Shown here one piece after another: positions 23,911 through 35,588 of a stretch of DNA of 64,000 nt (positions are counted from its first letter, which is position 1; every line of letters starts with the position of its first letter). The notes under the pieces are model-generated. The model had not been told where the DNA came from and searched no databases. It was given only the letters and a program-made list of their open reading frames with translations. This DNA comes from Tubulanus polymorphus (taxonomy: Eukaryota > Animalia > Nemertea). The translations under genes and the position numbers were made by a program. Location: positions 17,739,653-17,803,652 of the forward strand of contig NC_134028.1 in the NCBI RefSeq assembly GCF_964204645.1, in the 5' to 3' direction.

Positions 23911-26343
23911 CTATACAGGTCCATACAGATGTGCTATCTGTCGCAGGAGTCCACTAGTCGATGTTTGGTTGCTGCAATACGCATCCCACAGTTTAAACAG
24001 CTTACATTGCAGTGTTTGGTAGCGTTTCCTTTGGCAGCAGCGAAGCTTATTATTGCAGAGAAGTTTTTGTTGTAATTCTATGTAAGATGCTTCTCTTTGG
24101 AGTAGCGGAACAAGAACGTAAAATGGCAAGTTGTTATTTACAGCCCGACCATTTAGTCTGCGGTGCCATCCTTCCACATCGTTATTGGTACGAATCGGTT
24201 GTTTAAAAACGCACCAAGAGCGGACGGGCCACACTGAACTGTTCATCCACGTAGATTCCACGTATTCGGCCAGCTTTTGTAATTGTTCATTAATTTGACA
24301 CTGGACCTTTAATTTCTCGAAAGCTGGCGCGATATGTTCAGCTGGAATAAACGGCAGTACCAGCATCTTTCTGATGAGTTTATACGTTCCATCCCGGTTA
24401 GTATATGAGGGTTGCAAACCCAGACCTTGCACTTTTCGCCAGACAGCTTGCGACCAGTGATACGCACAACCTTTCATTGTGACTGTAGGGAAGACACGGG
24501 CGACTGCTTTCCAAACCGCGGTCTCGAAGTCTGTAATAATTGATTTCACCGATAGTTCTGGCAGCATACGTTTCACGGATTTGAAAATTTTCTTGTAATC
24601 TCTTTTTGTCCTTCTGGACATCAAAACGAAGGCTAATGGAACTTGCTTAATTTCTCCCTCGCTGTTTTTTAGGAAGGCGTGAATCGAAAATAACTGTGTG
24701 AAAGGCTTTCTGACGACGTGGAAAGTACCGTCCACATAACACGTTTTCGCTTTGCTCAGAAGTCGTAGCTGTAAATCGGTTGCAAATACTATGTGGCGCA
24801 TTCCATTGACTTTCAAATCATCGCGCAAAAAACCGCTGCCGATGAAATTTTCGTCAATTTCAAAATCACATGTAGACGGTTCTGATGGACGTTTACTCTG
24901 TCGGTGGCGGTTGACGCGTCTCGCTTGCTGCGTTGGGTCTGATAGTGTCGGACAGGGAACTTCGACATCGACACAGATTACCATGGCTTCTTGTACAATC
25001 TTGGCAGCACTTTTGAATAAATTGTTCATTCCTTCTTTCATCGCGATGGTGATAGTTTTCGTTGATGCCAAAATTCCAGGTGTTGCCTGATGAGTGTGCT
25101 TAGCACTGCCTTCTGTAAATTCGCCATTCATTTCTGACACTGTTGCTGGGCATCGCTGCGTCTTGTTCCTGACTGAACACCACCAGTATGTTTTCAATTT
25201 TGTCTTCTTTTTAACGGTGAACGTGTAGCCATTGTTGTCTACCAGCATTGGCTTTCCTCTCTGGGTAACACCTTCCACGATTTCAAATCGCGGCCCAGTC
25301 GTTTTCAGTGACTCGTCATTAGGACTTGGGTCTTCAATTGAATCTTCTGCAGTTGTGTTCGGTATCTCGAATGACGTAGACACATTGAAATTGTCGCTTG
25401 TGGTTTCAGTTGGTGGTTCAGTTTTAATGTCAGTTTCTTTGCGGTTTCTGTTCTTCTTAGGCGAGTTCTGATGGGCTTCGGATTCGTCGCGGTTACGTTT
25501 ACTTGGTGGCGGTTTGAGTAGAGGGACAAAGTGGTTCGGTGTCCATAACTTGTTTTCTTTATTTCTCTTTATGTTTGACCACATTATAGTGATTGGTGTG
25601 GCTGCTTTTCTTTTCAACAATCTCGGCAGAAAAGTTCGGTTAAGTATTTTTATCATGGAGTCTTCTTTTCCATTAACCGCCGGATACACCGATTCTACAT
25701 TTCTATTCAAAACTGAAGCTGCAGTTGCCATGCACCACGCTGACGAGTACGTTCCATTTCTGCATGCTTCCAGGACGACTTCATGAAACGGCGGGGACAC
25801 TAAGTCGAGACTTGGGTTGTACTGCTTGAGGTACCAGGTTTCATTGTTCGCAAGTTCTACGGTTATTCTTGCTCTCAGTTCAATCGCGACTTTATCTTCG
25901 TCTCCATACGCCGCCAATGAAAGCGCATGGAATAGACAATCCCCATCTGCCTTCACTGCAGCAGGCAACCGATCATCGGGTTTCCCGTTCTGAAGTAGGA
26001 TTTCTTCGGCGATGACATCAGTACGAAAGATGGCTATTTCATCTGGCTGTGGGCCGCCTACTTTACGCAGCAATACATTTTCTACTACTGCGGCCGCCTT
26101 CAGTTCGCCAATTCCACGATCTGCTGCAGACTGGAGTCTCTTGATTGACTCAACACAGTTAAATTTTCCGTTTTGTTCGGTGCATCTTCCACAAATGTAA
26201 TCGTATTTGCTTCTCGCCAGACATCGTAGGTGTTGAAGCGTGAGACCTTCACATTTTCGGTGAAACCAGAGTTCACATTTCTCGCAGAAAACGGTTTCAT
26301 CTTCGCATTCTTTACTACAGACACCGCATGGATAGACTGCCAT
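23911..26343 (-). CDS. PHD finger + OTU/vertnin-like cysteine protease + FLYWCH + MULE DDE transposase (810 aa from first ATG)
   Basis: Numbered on the ORF-track protein: C4HC3 finger (C28,C31,C42,C45,H50,C53,C73,C76); ADGDCLFHALS (C158) and PNHFVPL (H293); YWWC..RC...HTH; YVDGTF (D560), TDFE (D627), CAYH, RTNNDVEGWH (E746). No stops or frameshifts. Confidence 0.92.
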   Translation of the reverse strand: MAVYPCGVCSKECEDETVFCEKCELWFHRKCEGLTLQHLRCLARSKYDYICGRCTEQNGKFNCVESIKRLQSAADRGIGELKAAAVVENVLLRKVGGPQPDEIAIFRTDVIAEEILLQNGKPDDRLPAAVKADGDCLFHALSLAAYGDEDKVAIELRARITVELANNETWYLKQYNPSLDLVSPPFHEVVLEACRNGTYSSAWCMATAASVLNRNVESVYPAVNGKEDSMIKILNRTFLPRLLKRKAATPITIMWSNIKRNKENKLWTPNHFVPLLKPPPSKRNRDESEAHQNSPKKNRNRKETDIKTEPPTETTSDNFNVSTSFEIPNTTAEDSIEDPSPNDESLKTTGPRFEIVEGVTQRGKPMLVDNNGYTFTVKKKTKLKTYWWCSVRNKTQRCPATVSEMNGEFTEGSAKHTHQATPGILASTKTITIAMKEGMNNLFKSAAKIVQEAMVICVDVEVPCPTLSDPTQQARRVNRHRQSKRPSEPSTCDFEIDENFIGSGFLRDDLKVNGMRHIVFATDLQLRLLSKAKTCYVDGTFHVVRKPFTQLFSIHAFLKNSEGEIKQVPLAFVLMSRRTKRDYKKIFKSVKRMLPELSVKSIITDFETAVWKAVARVFPTVTMKGCAYHWSQAVWRKVQGLGLQPSYTNRDGTYKLIRKMLVLPFIPAEHIAPAFEKLKVQCQINEQLQKLAEYVESTWMNSSVWPVRSWCVFKQPIRTNNDVEGWHRRLNGRAVNNNLPFYVLVPLLQREASYIELQQKLLCNNKLRCCQRKRYQTLQCKLFKLWDAYCSNQTSTSGLLRQIAHLYGPV

Positions 26344-26446
26344 CTCGTTGTGTAAGGTTGTGTAATATCTTGTAAAATTTCTTGAACGCTGTGTATATTT
26401 CGCTGTCAAAGACTAGCTGGATATGATCTCACTATCAAAATATGTC

Positions 26447-26458
26447 CCTATATATAGT
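26447..26458 (-). promoter_or_regulatory. Candidate TATA box of the transposase gene
   Basis: CTATATATAGG about 105 bp upstream of the ATG at 26343; AATAAA candidates lie downstream of the stop (about 23787 and 23617). Confidence 0.35.
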
Positions 26459-26614
26459 GGTTGGGATTAATTCTGTTCACCAATTATATTTTTCTTTTGT
26501 TTCTGTGTGATGCATGCTAACTGACTATCAACTAATTTACCTGGCGATTTGCGCTATTGTAAATTTTGCCCGTACATAATTGTTCACCAATTAAATTTAA
26601 ATGGTACCGGTAAA

Positions 26615-26942
26615 TTTGTCTAAATTGAATGACTAGATTTCAGTTTGCACAAACTTCCCTATGATCTATCTAAGTATATACTAATTAACCAAAATAGGCG
26701 GTCGACTTGGTCAACTAAATAATCTAAATTGAATGACTAGATTTCAACTTTAATTTCACACAGACAAACTAGTTCTCTTTTAATCTAGATCTAAGTGAAT
26801 TTACCAAAGCAATTTGTCTAGATTGAATGACGAGATTTCAAAATTAATATCACACAGACAAACTATACATTACCTTTTGATCTAGATCTAAGTGCTAATT
26901 TATCCAAACAATTCGTCTAAATTTCATGACTAGATTTCACAC
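26615..26942. repeat. ~100-bp tandem repeat x4 (TCTAAATTGAATGACTAGATTTCA core) upstream of the transposase
   Basis: Core seen at about 26619, 26723, 26817 and 26916. Confidence 0.75.
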
Positions 26943-27269
26943 AGTTCAAGGCAATATGATAATACACGCATGTTGAATTAAAAAAAAATTTAGATTCATT
27001 AAAAATGATAATCGATCTTTTGAAAGCTATAATAAAATTTGTAATCAGTTCATCTTCCGGGGCTGTTTCTTTTACAAGTTTGATCATGTGAAATGAATGA
27101 TGTCGAAAAAGTTGATCATTTCCAAATAAATCTAACCAGTCATGAGCACGCAGGATATGTTTACGTGGCTTTGACGATTGATTTTAAGAACCAGAAAATA
27201 TAATATAAGTACGACCAGTGTGTTTTGATATCCGTTTTACTTGTAACGACAACATTAACGACGTGTCTT

Positions 27270-27561
27270 CAAGCCCGTAGTCAGGATTTTGAAAAGGGCG
27301 TTCGTAGATTATAAAAAGGAAACTTTTTACATGTACTGTATCTCAAAAGCAAGCCCAGACCGACCCCAAAAAATGTTTTTCAAACTATTCCCCAAGATGC
27401 ATTCTCCGAGCATCTAGTGAATATTTCACTCATACTCGATCAAACTATTGGATTTTGTTTTCAAATGTTTTTGGATCGAAAAAATTATTTTACTTAAATT
27501 ATGAAGGGCACTTTTAAAAAGGGGCGTTCGTTCGAACGGACGAACCCCTGGCTACGGGCTT
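27270..27561. mobile_element. hAT-like MITE nested in the MULE
   Basis: CAAGCCCGTAGTCAGG / CCTGGCTACGGGCTT with TGTCTT on both sides. Confidence 0.65.
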
Positions 27562-28759
27562 TGTCTTTTACTCTTCAGCAGCCCGGATTGGAATACCCGT
27601 TTATTCACTACAGTACTGCCATCTGTACGTAGTATACAAAACGTAACCCAGTGTATTCCGATACATAGATTTTATTCATGCATGTTTGTTTCAAAGATAT
27701 CATACAAATTAACTTAAATTCAATCTCTTTGAGAATATTTCTAGATATGTTTCTGAAAAAAAAACATGAATATCCTGGAGTAGTGTCGACAGTTACCAAT
27801 AGATGTCATTGTAAATTACACGGCCACGGGATTATAAACACTGATATTTTTTGTTGGAACTATGCCGATTAGGAAGCCGGGTTTGATAGGCAAGGTGGAA
27901 ATATCATTTTGAAAGTTATAAACAACGAAAGCGGGAAAGTACGAGTTGGCTAGTATAGGATACGAGTTGACCAAAGATAGGGTACGACTTGACCAGGTAC
28001 GAGTTGACCTGGGTACGAGATGACCGTACTTCTATTAAAATAGCTTCAGGGACAGCCGGAAATGTGGAGAGCTCTCAATTGGCAAGCTGGTGCTGCCATC
28101 ATTAATCGGTATTGTGCAATCGCAAGGCCAGTAAATCCATTGAGTAAAAAGTAGAGGGGTGGAAGATTATTTTTTTCTCCTAATAACTATAGTAGCAAAC
28201 GATATAGCTAAAAGAAGTTTGTATTCCGATTCAGCAGGCATTTTTTTTACAAACGAGGTCCAGTCACAAAAAATGATGGTCTTTTTATTGGATATACATT
28301 GTGATTCGTTAATTCATCAGGAGAAACTGAACACTTACCTCCCTCCCTCGTACATGTACCATACCCGACGACTGGTGGAAGTTAATACCCTACCGTTTCT
28401 TCGAGTATCTTGACGTCGAGTATCTTGATCTATCACCGTTTCAAAATATGGCTTGTTAACATCACTTTCTAGCAATATTGGCACAAGACCAACTAGACCG
28501 TTGGCATAAGAAGCGAACCATAAAAACTGCGTCTTTTCATCTTTGTTAAGTAAAGTTTTAAAAGGCACTTATTGCATACTAATTGCGTATCTTTGCATAA
28601 AAATCACATCCTAATTTAAGTCACTCTTGTTGGTTTTTTTGTTGCTTTACTGAATGGCAACATTGAAATTTATTCTGGACAAGAGAAAAATGGCAAAATG
28701 TTCGAGCAGAAGTCCATAAAAAGTCTCAATGTCCTCAGGTTTGAATACCCCCTGGGATA

Positions 28760-28882
28760 ATAAGATAAAATCCCACTATTTACAGATTAAAAGAATTTAA
28801 AAACCAGAATTTATTTATTAAATCTAAAATATATAAAAGACACGACGTTTCGATCTCACCCTAGAGATCATCGTCAGGTGTG
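28760..28882 (-). mobile_element. 123-bp Penelope-type pLTR mini-insertion with a 14-bp TSD
   Basis: TACCCCCTGGGATA at 28746-28759 and 28883-28896 flanks an insert containing a hammerhead motif followed by AATAAA. Confidence 0.75.
28840..28881 (-). ncRNA. Minimal type I hammerhead ribozyme (Penelope-type)
   Basis: Minus strand: ACAC-CUGACGA-U-GAUCUC(UAGGGU)GAGAUC-GAAA-CG-UC-GUGU, giving stem I ACAC/GUGU, a 6-bp stem II, a palindromic ACGU stem III and a GUC cleavage triplet. Confidence 0.8.
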
Positions 28883-29329
28883 TACCCCCTGGGATATGAT
28901 GTCTGCAGACGAATGGACAGAGAGAAAGTGAATGCAATAGCCTGCTGGGACGAAAGTCAAAACAGGATTAAAAATGTGTTTAAAGTGCTTATTTCAGTGG
29001 ACAACAATGGCCACCAGTCAATGATCTTGAATTTGATAGGGCCAGTTTTTTGGCTGCAGATGTGTCAAACATCACCAAATTCTGATTCCTCAGAGAAGTC
29101 AGAGGTGTTTATAACTCATTCAAGTTCAAAGGCTGCTTTTTCCAATACTACAAATATATTCTCAGGGTGACTGTATTTCATCATAATGATCTGAGATGTG
29201 TAGAATCCAGTTCCAGAGTACTTTAACTTAAAAATATAAATTCACTTAAGAGTCAAATTCTTACCAAGAATGATGGAACTGGATCCACATTAATATCATA
29301 TTAAAGTATATCAATAAAAGTCACTGTAC

Positions 29330-29523
29330 CTGTTCTGTTTAAAGAACACAATCTGTGAACCTGGAATGTGCGAAAATGAACTGATCATCTGGTGACAATT
29401 CGCTGTGGTATCTTTACTACTTAAAGCGTTGAATATTTTCGCAAATGTAGTTTCTGGCAGCAATGTACAGTTTAACCTTGATACGAGGCCTGATTTACTG
29501 TCAATATTTAGTAGTACATTCGT
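29330..29523 (-). CDS. VWA8: VWA8 exon: TNVLLNIDSKSGLVSRL...QMISSFSHIPGSQIVFFKQN
   Basis: tttcag acceptor and AG|gtacag donor; phase 0->2 bridges the exons at 50604 and 14890; resembles VWA8 SNVILLLD...FSHKNWLVFYKE. Confidence 0.85.
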
Positions 29524-30932
29524 CTGAAATATACATATATACAACTATGTATCGTCAAAATAACCACAATAACAAATCCCCAAAATAACTTCCAAAACAA
29601 AGGTCCAGAACAAAATGTGCTTATCGTGAAATTTGCAATGCAATAATTTGGTATCTCAATAGTTATTCCCCAAAAATCATTTACTTCATTACATATCATT
29701 GCTCTATATGAAATATTCACAGTTAGCGGCCAAAATGTACTGTGTGGAATCAAATACGCCACCAATTAGCTATTCTGGATGGCATTACAACCTTTATTCA
29801 TCTTCTAATAATGTCCTCTAACTTTCACATTTGAAATATCAATTGAAATGAAATATCAATATCTCTACAAACAAGAAGCCTGTCAGCTGAGATAGCTCCC
29901 GCTGGGTTTGGTCGATGGTAACAGAAAAGCCAGGAACCCCCTATGCGATTTTCACTGCAAATTTATTTACGGAAAATTGCACAGCGACATTAGGCATACA
30001 CGCCGAGCGGATACACCATGCGACCAGATGTGGGAGACTTCCAGGCGCATTTGGTTCACCCAAAACGATGAGGTTTACTGAAAAATTATACATGTTTAAA
30101 GTTGAGCAAACCAATTTTCTCAAACCGGCATATTTGGTCTAGCCTTGGTTAGGGTAATCAGGAGAGAATCTTGACCCAGGTTTACTCTTAGTCAAAGAGT
30201 CATGGTCAATGTGCATAGTTTGGTTGCTGTAGGCTTAAAGTCATTTGCTCTGAAAACACCACCTTGTTGCAATATAGTTAACTGTATGACCGTGGTTAAG
30301 ATGCAGTATTAGCATAACAAGACTGGGCCTTGAAGCATTGATAGATTGTGGTATCATACGGTATTAAGTGATCAATGTTTTACATCCGCAAGCAAATGTA
30401 CAGCTAGAAAAAAATTTTTCTATGTGGTCGGGTTCGCAACAAGATAATAATTTCTGTTCAAAGACAATGAAATGAACTTGACTTGTAGATATTATTACAT
30501 ACTACACAATATTGGTCCACCTGTATGGTGTTTTTTATGTATGTATGGTGTTTAAAATTCATCTTCATATTGATACAAAAGTTTTTGTTAAGATTACCCT
30601 GGGCGTATGCATAATCAATTTTAGTTCAAATATTTTCCAACAAATCCTTTTATCAAGACTATCTTTTACTTAAAGATCAACGGGGGCGCAGAAAAGAAAA
30701 GCTCCAAATATTGCAAACTATGCCATGCATCAACATGGTAAGTTAAGTAAAGTACAAAATGCTTATCAGGGTTTTCTGTTGTTTCACAGAAAACCCTCTT
30801 GTAATCCTGCTGATTATCATTATTTATCCATTCTTCACCAGTCAATTCTTCAAAAAGATGTATCTCAAGAGAAATCCCACAATAATGAAGCCAAAAATGA
30901 AAAGTTCTATATGAAAATGATTATATTTAAGA

Positions 30933-30970
30933 GCAACGTTTCAGCTAAATGCTATTAGCCATCATCAGGC
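30933..30970 (-). ncRNA. Hammerhead ribozyme motif in the 3' pLTR
   Basis: GC-CUGAUGA-U-GGCUAA(UAGCAU)UUAGCU-GAAA-CG-UU-GC; stem I is short. Confidence 0.65.
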
Positions 30971-31399
30971 ATACTGAGGACAAAATAAGATTACAGAATA
31001 TTTATACAAGAATCAGACAAAGGATTAAGATTAAAGGATTAAGATTAAAGAAATTAGACAACAAAAACCGGAACACTAAGGAAGAAAACACAGAAGGCAA
31101 ACGACAAACTAGGAGTAAAGTAGTGCGAGATTAATGTAATTTAAAAACAAAGCCCAGGGTAATTCTGAAGCAGGGACAAACAAAAGGCAATGACATCAAA
31201 GGAATAATCAAGGGATGAGTGAGAGAGGGAGTGAGTAGAAGTGTCAAGCGAAGGAAAACAAGCTAACAGGATTTAGAATAATGGGGGTACAAGCGAAGCG
31301 AGAAATTTAGAGATAAAAATATTGCGAGGAAAAAAACCGTTATTCAAATTGACACTTTTATCCATATTTTCAATGATCAGGACAGATTCCATAATGTGA

Positions 31400-32058
31400 C
31401 GTTTGGTTTTCTCGGGACAAGGAAAAAATATAGCGGCATTATCAAAATCAAAATTGTGCCTAGTTTCATAAACGTGATTAGCTACTCCACTATCGGGTTT
31501 AAAATTTTACGTCAGTTTCATGTTCTCTGAGGCGCTTGTTCAAATCATGCCCAGTTTCACCAATATATGATTTATTACAGACTTTACACGAGATTTTATA
31601 TACACCGATGTTCAAAGGTTCCGTTTTGCAGGAATTGTGAGTTAGATTATGAATAAGTTTATTATTGTAAGTGAAAACGAGCTGATTGTTAAGGAGATGA
31701 AGGGTGTTTTTTTTATTTTTCCAAAAAAGGAACAAAAAGTACGACGATGGCCCATATGAGGGCGCGGAACCTGAGAATTACAGAAATGGGTGCGACGGGT
31801 TCGAAAAAGAACTTTATTCAAAAGGTTGTTAGGATAAGCTAACTTTTTCAGGGAATTCCTAATCTGGGTGAGTTCATGGTCTAGAAAAAGGGGGTCGCAA
31901 ATCCTATAAGAACGAAGAAATAATCCTTGAGTAACATCGAGTTTTACGCTATAAGTAGTGAAGGAAAAATAATGCAGGTAGGATCCAGAATGAGTGGGTT
32001 TCCTATAAACTGAGAATTTCAAACACGACAGACAATTATGAATGCACACACCCAACAA
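31400..32058 (-). pseudogene. Penelope RT thumb + GIY-YIG endonuclease, frameshifted
   Basis: FSVYRKPTHSGSYLHYFS...RSYRIC...LAYP; GVYKISCKVCNKSYIGETGHDLNKRLREH. Confidence 0.9.
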
Positions 32059-33669
32059 GGTGCCGATGTTAGATTCAGTGCAGAATTTAGTGAATTGATG
32101 GAGTTAATCATATCCACCATTCTAGACCATACATTGGTTTAGTAAGGTCCTCTATCAGCTTACTTGACATAAAAGGAAATGCATGTTATGAAAGTATAAG
32201 GTAATTAGATTTTAAATGAAAACAATTGTTTATACAAGGAAGAGAAGGTAAATACGTAACCCATTTTAAGTAGGCCTAATAGATTTTGAAATGAAATACA
32301 TATAATCATTATAAATCATAAGCCTCCTAATAAATGATAAGGTTTCATTAAATCAAAAGCATCTCAGATGTCATATTCATAATTTTGTTGCTGAAGCTGA
32401 AATCAAATCTTGCTGTATTGAGACATAAGAAAGTATTCTAAGTTCCATACAAACTCTGTCGGGATTTTCAGAATTCAAAGCCAAGACCTAAGGCTAAAAA
32501 ACTGATACCTTGTCCCTCCACTCATTGCTGAGCTTAATAGTTGACACAGCGGGCCACATATCTACCTTGTACATTACTGTTTTTAAACCATGATCAATGA
32601 TATTTTACTATATCAGACCTGGCGGTTTAGAAATCAACTGATAAAGATAATAACATCTTACACCTAAACAGATTCTTTCTGTGTGGTCAGGTTTGCCTAT
32701 CTATTTTTACACTACAGTGCACCAGCTCGACATGAACAATATATATGTGAGAGCAGTATCTATTCGCCGGACAGAAGGGACAGTCAACGTTCCCTCGTAG
32801 TATCATTCTATCAGCGAAGCAGCTTAAACCACGCCGTATGAGAAAGGGTGTGGATCGTGGCTTCTCTACAACGTAACCATCTCATCATAAACCTTAGCGT
32901 CATCAAACAGTAGTGCAAGCAAGACGATGAGGTCGAAGACGGTTCCCACGCATAGGCAGGATCGTAGCTAGTCAGCCGCCACAAACGCCGTGTTCGAATT
33001 CAAGTGTATACTACACAATATTGGTCGACATGTATGGTGTTTTAAGTGCGAATTAGAATTGTTTAAAATTCATCTGCATATTGATACAAACATTTTTTTC
33101 GTCAAGATAATCCCGAGCGTATGCATTATTAATTTCAATTCAAATATTTTCTAACAAATCTTTTTTTATTAACAGAATATCCTTTATCCAAAAATTAACG
33201 GCTTCGTTGATTTTGGGGAGCTTCACATGTTAGTAAGACAAGGGCGCTATCATCACAGCTCCGCAGTAAATACTGCAAACGATGTGGCGCATCGACATGC
33301 AATTTTCAGCACAGCAAATGAAAAATCATTGTCAATTTCATTTCTTCTTTTGTAGTTTTCTCATTGGAGAATTCTATATGTTGTATCAGTAATATATAAA
33401 AAGCCTACTTGTAAATTCGACAGCAAATGTTGTACAATTCTTCTCATGTCGTTGACATTAGAAGATCAAGATGGCGTCACATTACATCGCTAAAATCCCC
33501 AAAAACGGCATAAAATTGCCAATTTACCAAATTTAGGCTTCATCAATAGACTTCAAAAGCAGTTGCCACTAAGCTGCTGTTATAACAGCCAACTAAATGC
33601 AGACCTTAGCTCATGAATCATTTCACTCTCGGAGGAGATAGCGGTCAACACTAATCCAGCACTCTGTTT

Positions 33670-34035
33670 TATACTAAAAGATTCAGCAAAAATGGGATTT
33701 TACCATCAACTTCCAATTCAAATGTGAAGTTCAACAAGGGGTAAAAAGAGTAAATGAAGGAGAGGAATAAATCAATATCAAAATTGCAAGGAATAAGCGC
33801 AAGAACATCATTGGCATATCGTAACTAAAGCTTAGGGGGAGTGATAGTGTAGAGGTAATAATTCAGTTTCAACGTGTTCGAGGAATGAATTGGCTAAAAT
33901 GGGGCTAAGGGGGTTCCCCATAGACATGCCAAAGACTTGTTCAAATTTCAATTAACAAATTCCAATTTTTTTAGTTCAGCAAGGTCAATCCTAAAAATTC
34001 GAGGTAAAATGTTGAGAGCGAAACTGAGGAGAGAT
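33670..34035 (-). pseudogene. Penelope reverse transcriptase core, disrupted
   Basis: Manual translation: FEQVFGMSMGNPLSPILANSFLEHVE, L*LRYANDVL (degenerate WxRYVDD), and FTFELEVDGKIPFL. Confidence 0.85.
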
Positions 34036-35086
34036 CAGTGCTTCATCTAGCCAAAAATGGAGGGGCGGTCCGCCCCGCCCCCGAAAATAGCCGCCCTTGT
34101 GCCCTTCAGATGTGTCCCATGCTCGCCCTTGTACCCTCATCACTTGCCGTTGGTCCGCCCTCGAGTCACGAGTAATCAGTCAGGGCTTTCAAAATAAGCT
34201 TTCACAACCGACTGTTAGTAAGAATCGTGCGATGGCTATGAAATATCTCGTATGATATCAACGATAGTAGCTCATGTGATCAGTGGTTATATTTAAATGT
34301 ACTGCAGTCAGTGTGCATCGTGTGAAAACGTGCCTCAGACGCGTGGCCTAGTTTTAGTTTCCAAGAAATTGGCTGCCTTCCAAACTACTGCCAATAATTC
34401 TAGCGACTGCCGTTGTAAAGCTGGTAGTGTATATTCGATGGATTGTTTCGTTTTGAACACATCGTGATGCTCTGGATCTTTGAATTCTAGACTATTAGAC
34501 AAATTTTATATACACAATGTGAAAAACTTTTTGCGGTGAACTCACAGAGAGACTCGCAGAGACAATTTAGTTTGAGTGGCCTAATAGCAATAATGTGTTC
34601 TTAAGCTGGCTGCCTACCAATTATCAACAGTCACTCGCCAATCACTAACACTATCAATTTAAATCAATTAATTTGATATTTCTAACACTAAAAAATGCAA
34701 TTTCATGTAGGCCTATACACTATTGCTGGCTTTTTTTCGCTGTATCATTTGCTTTTTGAGATTGCTTTTTTCTGCCATTCTTGTCTGCAACTGGTTTTCC
34801 AAATAATTTTGAAAGCCCTATCTGATTATTTTTGTTCATTGACAGGCATAGGTGTAAGGATGTACTGTGATCAAGTGTGTCACTCATGGCAAGAGTGAAA
34901 CATAGTTTCTAGTCCTCAATTGTAGTAGGGGGTACCTCGATTCTATGCAATAGGGAACATTGCAGGTTGCCCCTAAAACAGACGTGAGTGCGTTATTATG
35001 TGCCCTTGCTCCAATGGAATCACGCGTAAAAATGCCCTTATTTGAAATCAGCACCCTGCCCTTTTTTAATGCTAGATGATGCACTG
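34036..35086. mobile_element. hAT-like MITE inserted in the Penelope ORF, 6-bp TSD
   Basis: CAGTGCTTCATCTAGC / GCTAGATGATGCACTG with AGAGAT on both sides. Confidence 0.8.
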
Positions 35087-35588
35087 AGAGATTCACAATG
35101 ATGTCATTGTTATTATACTTAGACCAAGGACTAGCACCGATGAGTTGATGTAACTTCAAGCTGAGTTTGCCAGAGTTGAAAAATGACAGTTACCAGAGTC
35201 TATAACGATAGACGAGAGTAAATAGATGCGGGTCCGGTAGTTGTGGTCTAAGATAATTATAAGCCTGTCGCAATCTAAAGAAATGGTAATCACAATCGTC
35301 TTTAGCTTTACTAATGGCTGTTTTAAGTTGAATACTTGCTTGCTGCAGAAACGCTCATGAATTTCCTGATCCAATTCATAGAACGGGAAACCAACTTTCC
35401 GTGGATGAAATCTAAAAGAAATTTCACTTTGGTTTTCACGGTTTTTTCTTGTATGCGCCATTTTTCATAATTCCAAAAGCAAGGGATGAGATGCTATAAG
35501 GTTATGAAGAAGAATTGAAGAACGATTCTTCGATCCGTGGGAAACATGATGGGACGAGAAGATACACAATATCAGTGTATGTTGATAA

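Larger units (their letters stand above)
22969..28032 (-). mobile_element. Autonomous-looking Mutator-like (MULE, Phantom-like) DNA transposon
   Basis: ~75-bp TIRs (GA..TACGGTCATCTCGTACCCAGGTCAACTCGTACC...) nearly identical at both ends, built from GTCAACTCGTACC subrepeats. TSD TAGTAAAA (22961-22968) / TATTAAAA (28033-28040). Confidence 0.9.

Noticed and set aside
24012-26324. Short overlapping ORFs within the transposase
   Set aside because: Antisense or alternative-frame shadows of the long ORF.
26344-26409. TTG start giving the 832-aa ORF
   Set aside because: Eukaryotic context favours the ATG at 26343, directly before the PHD finger.
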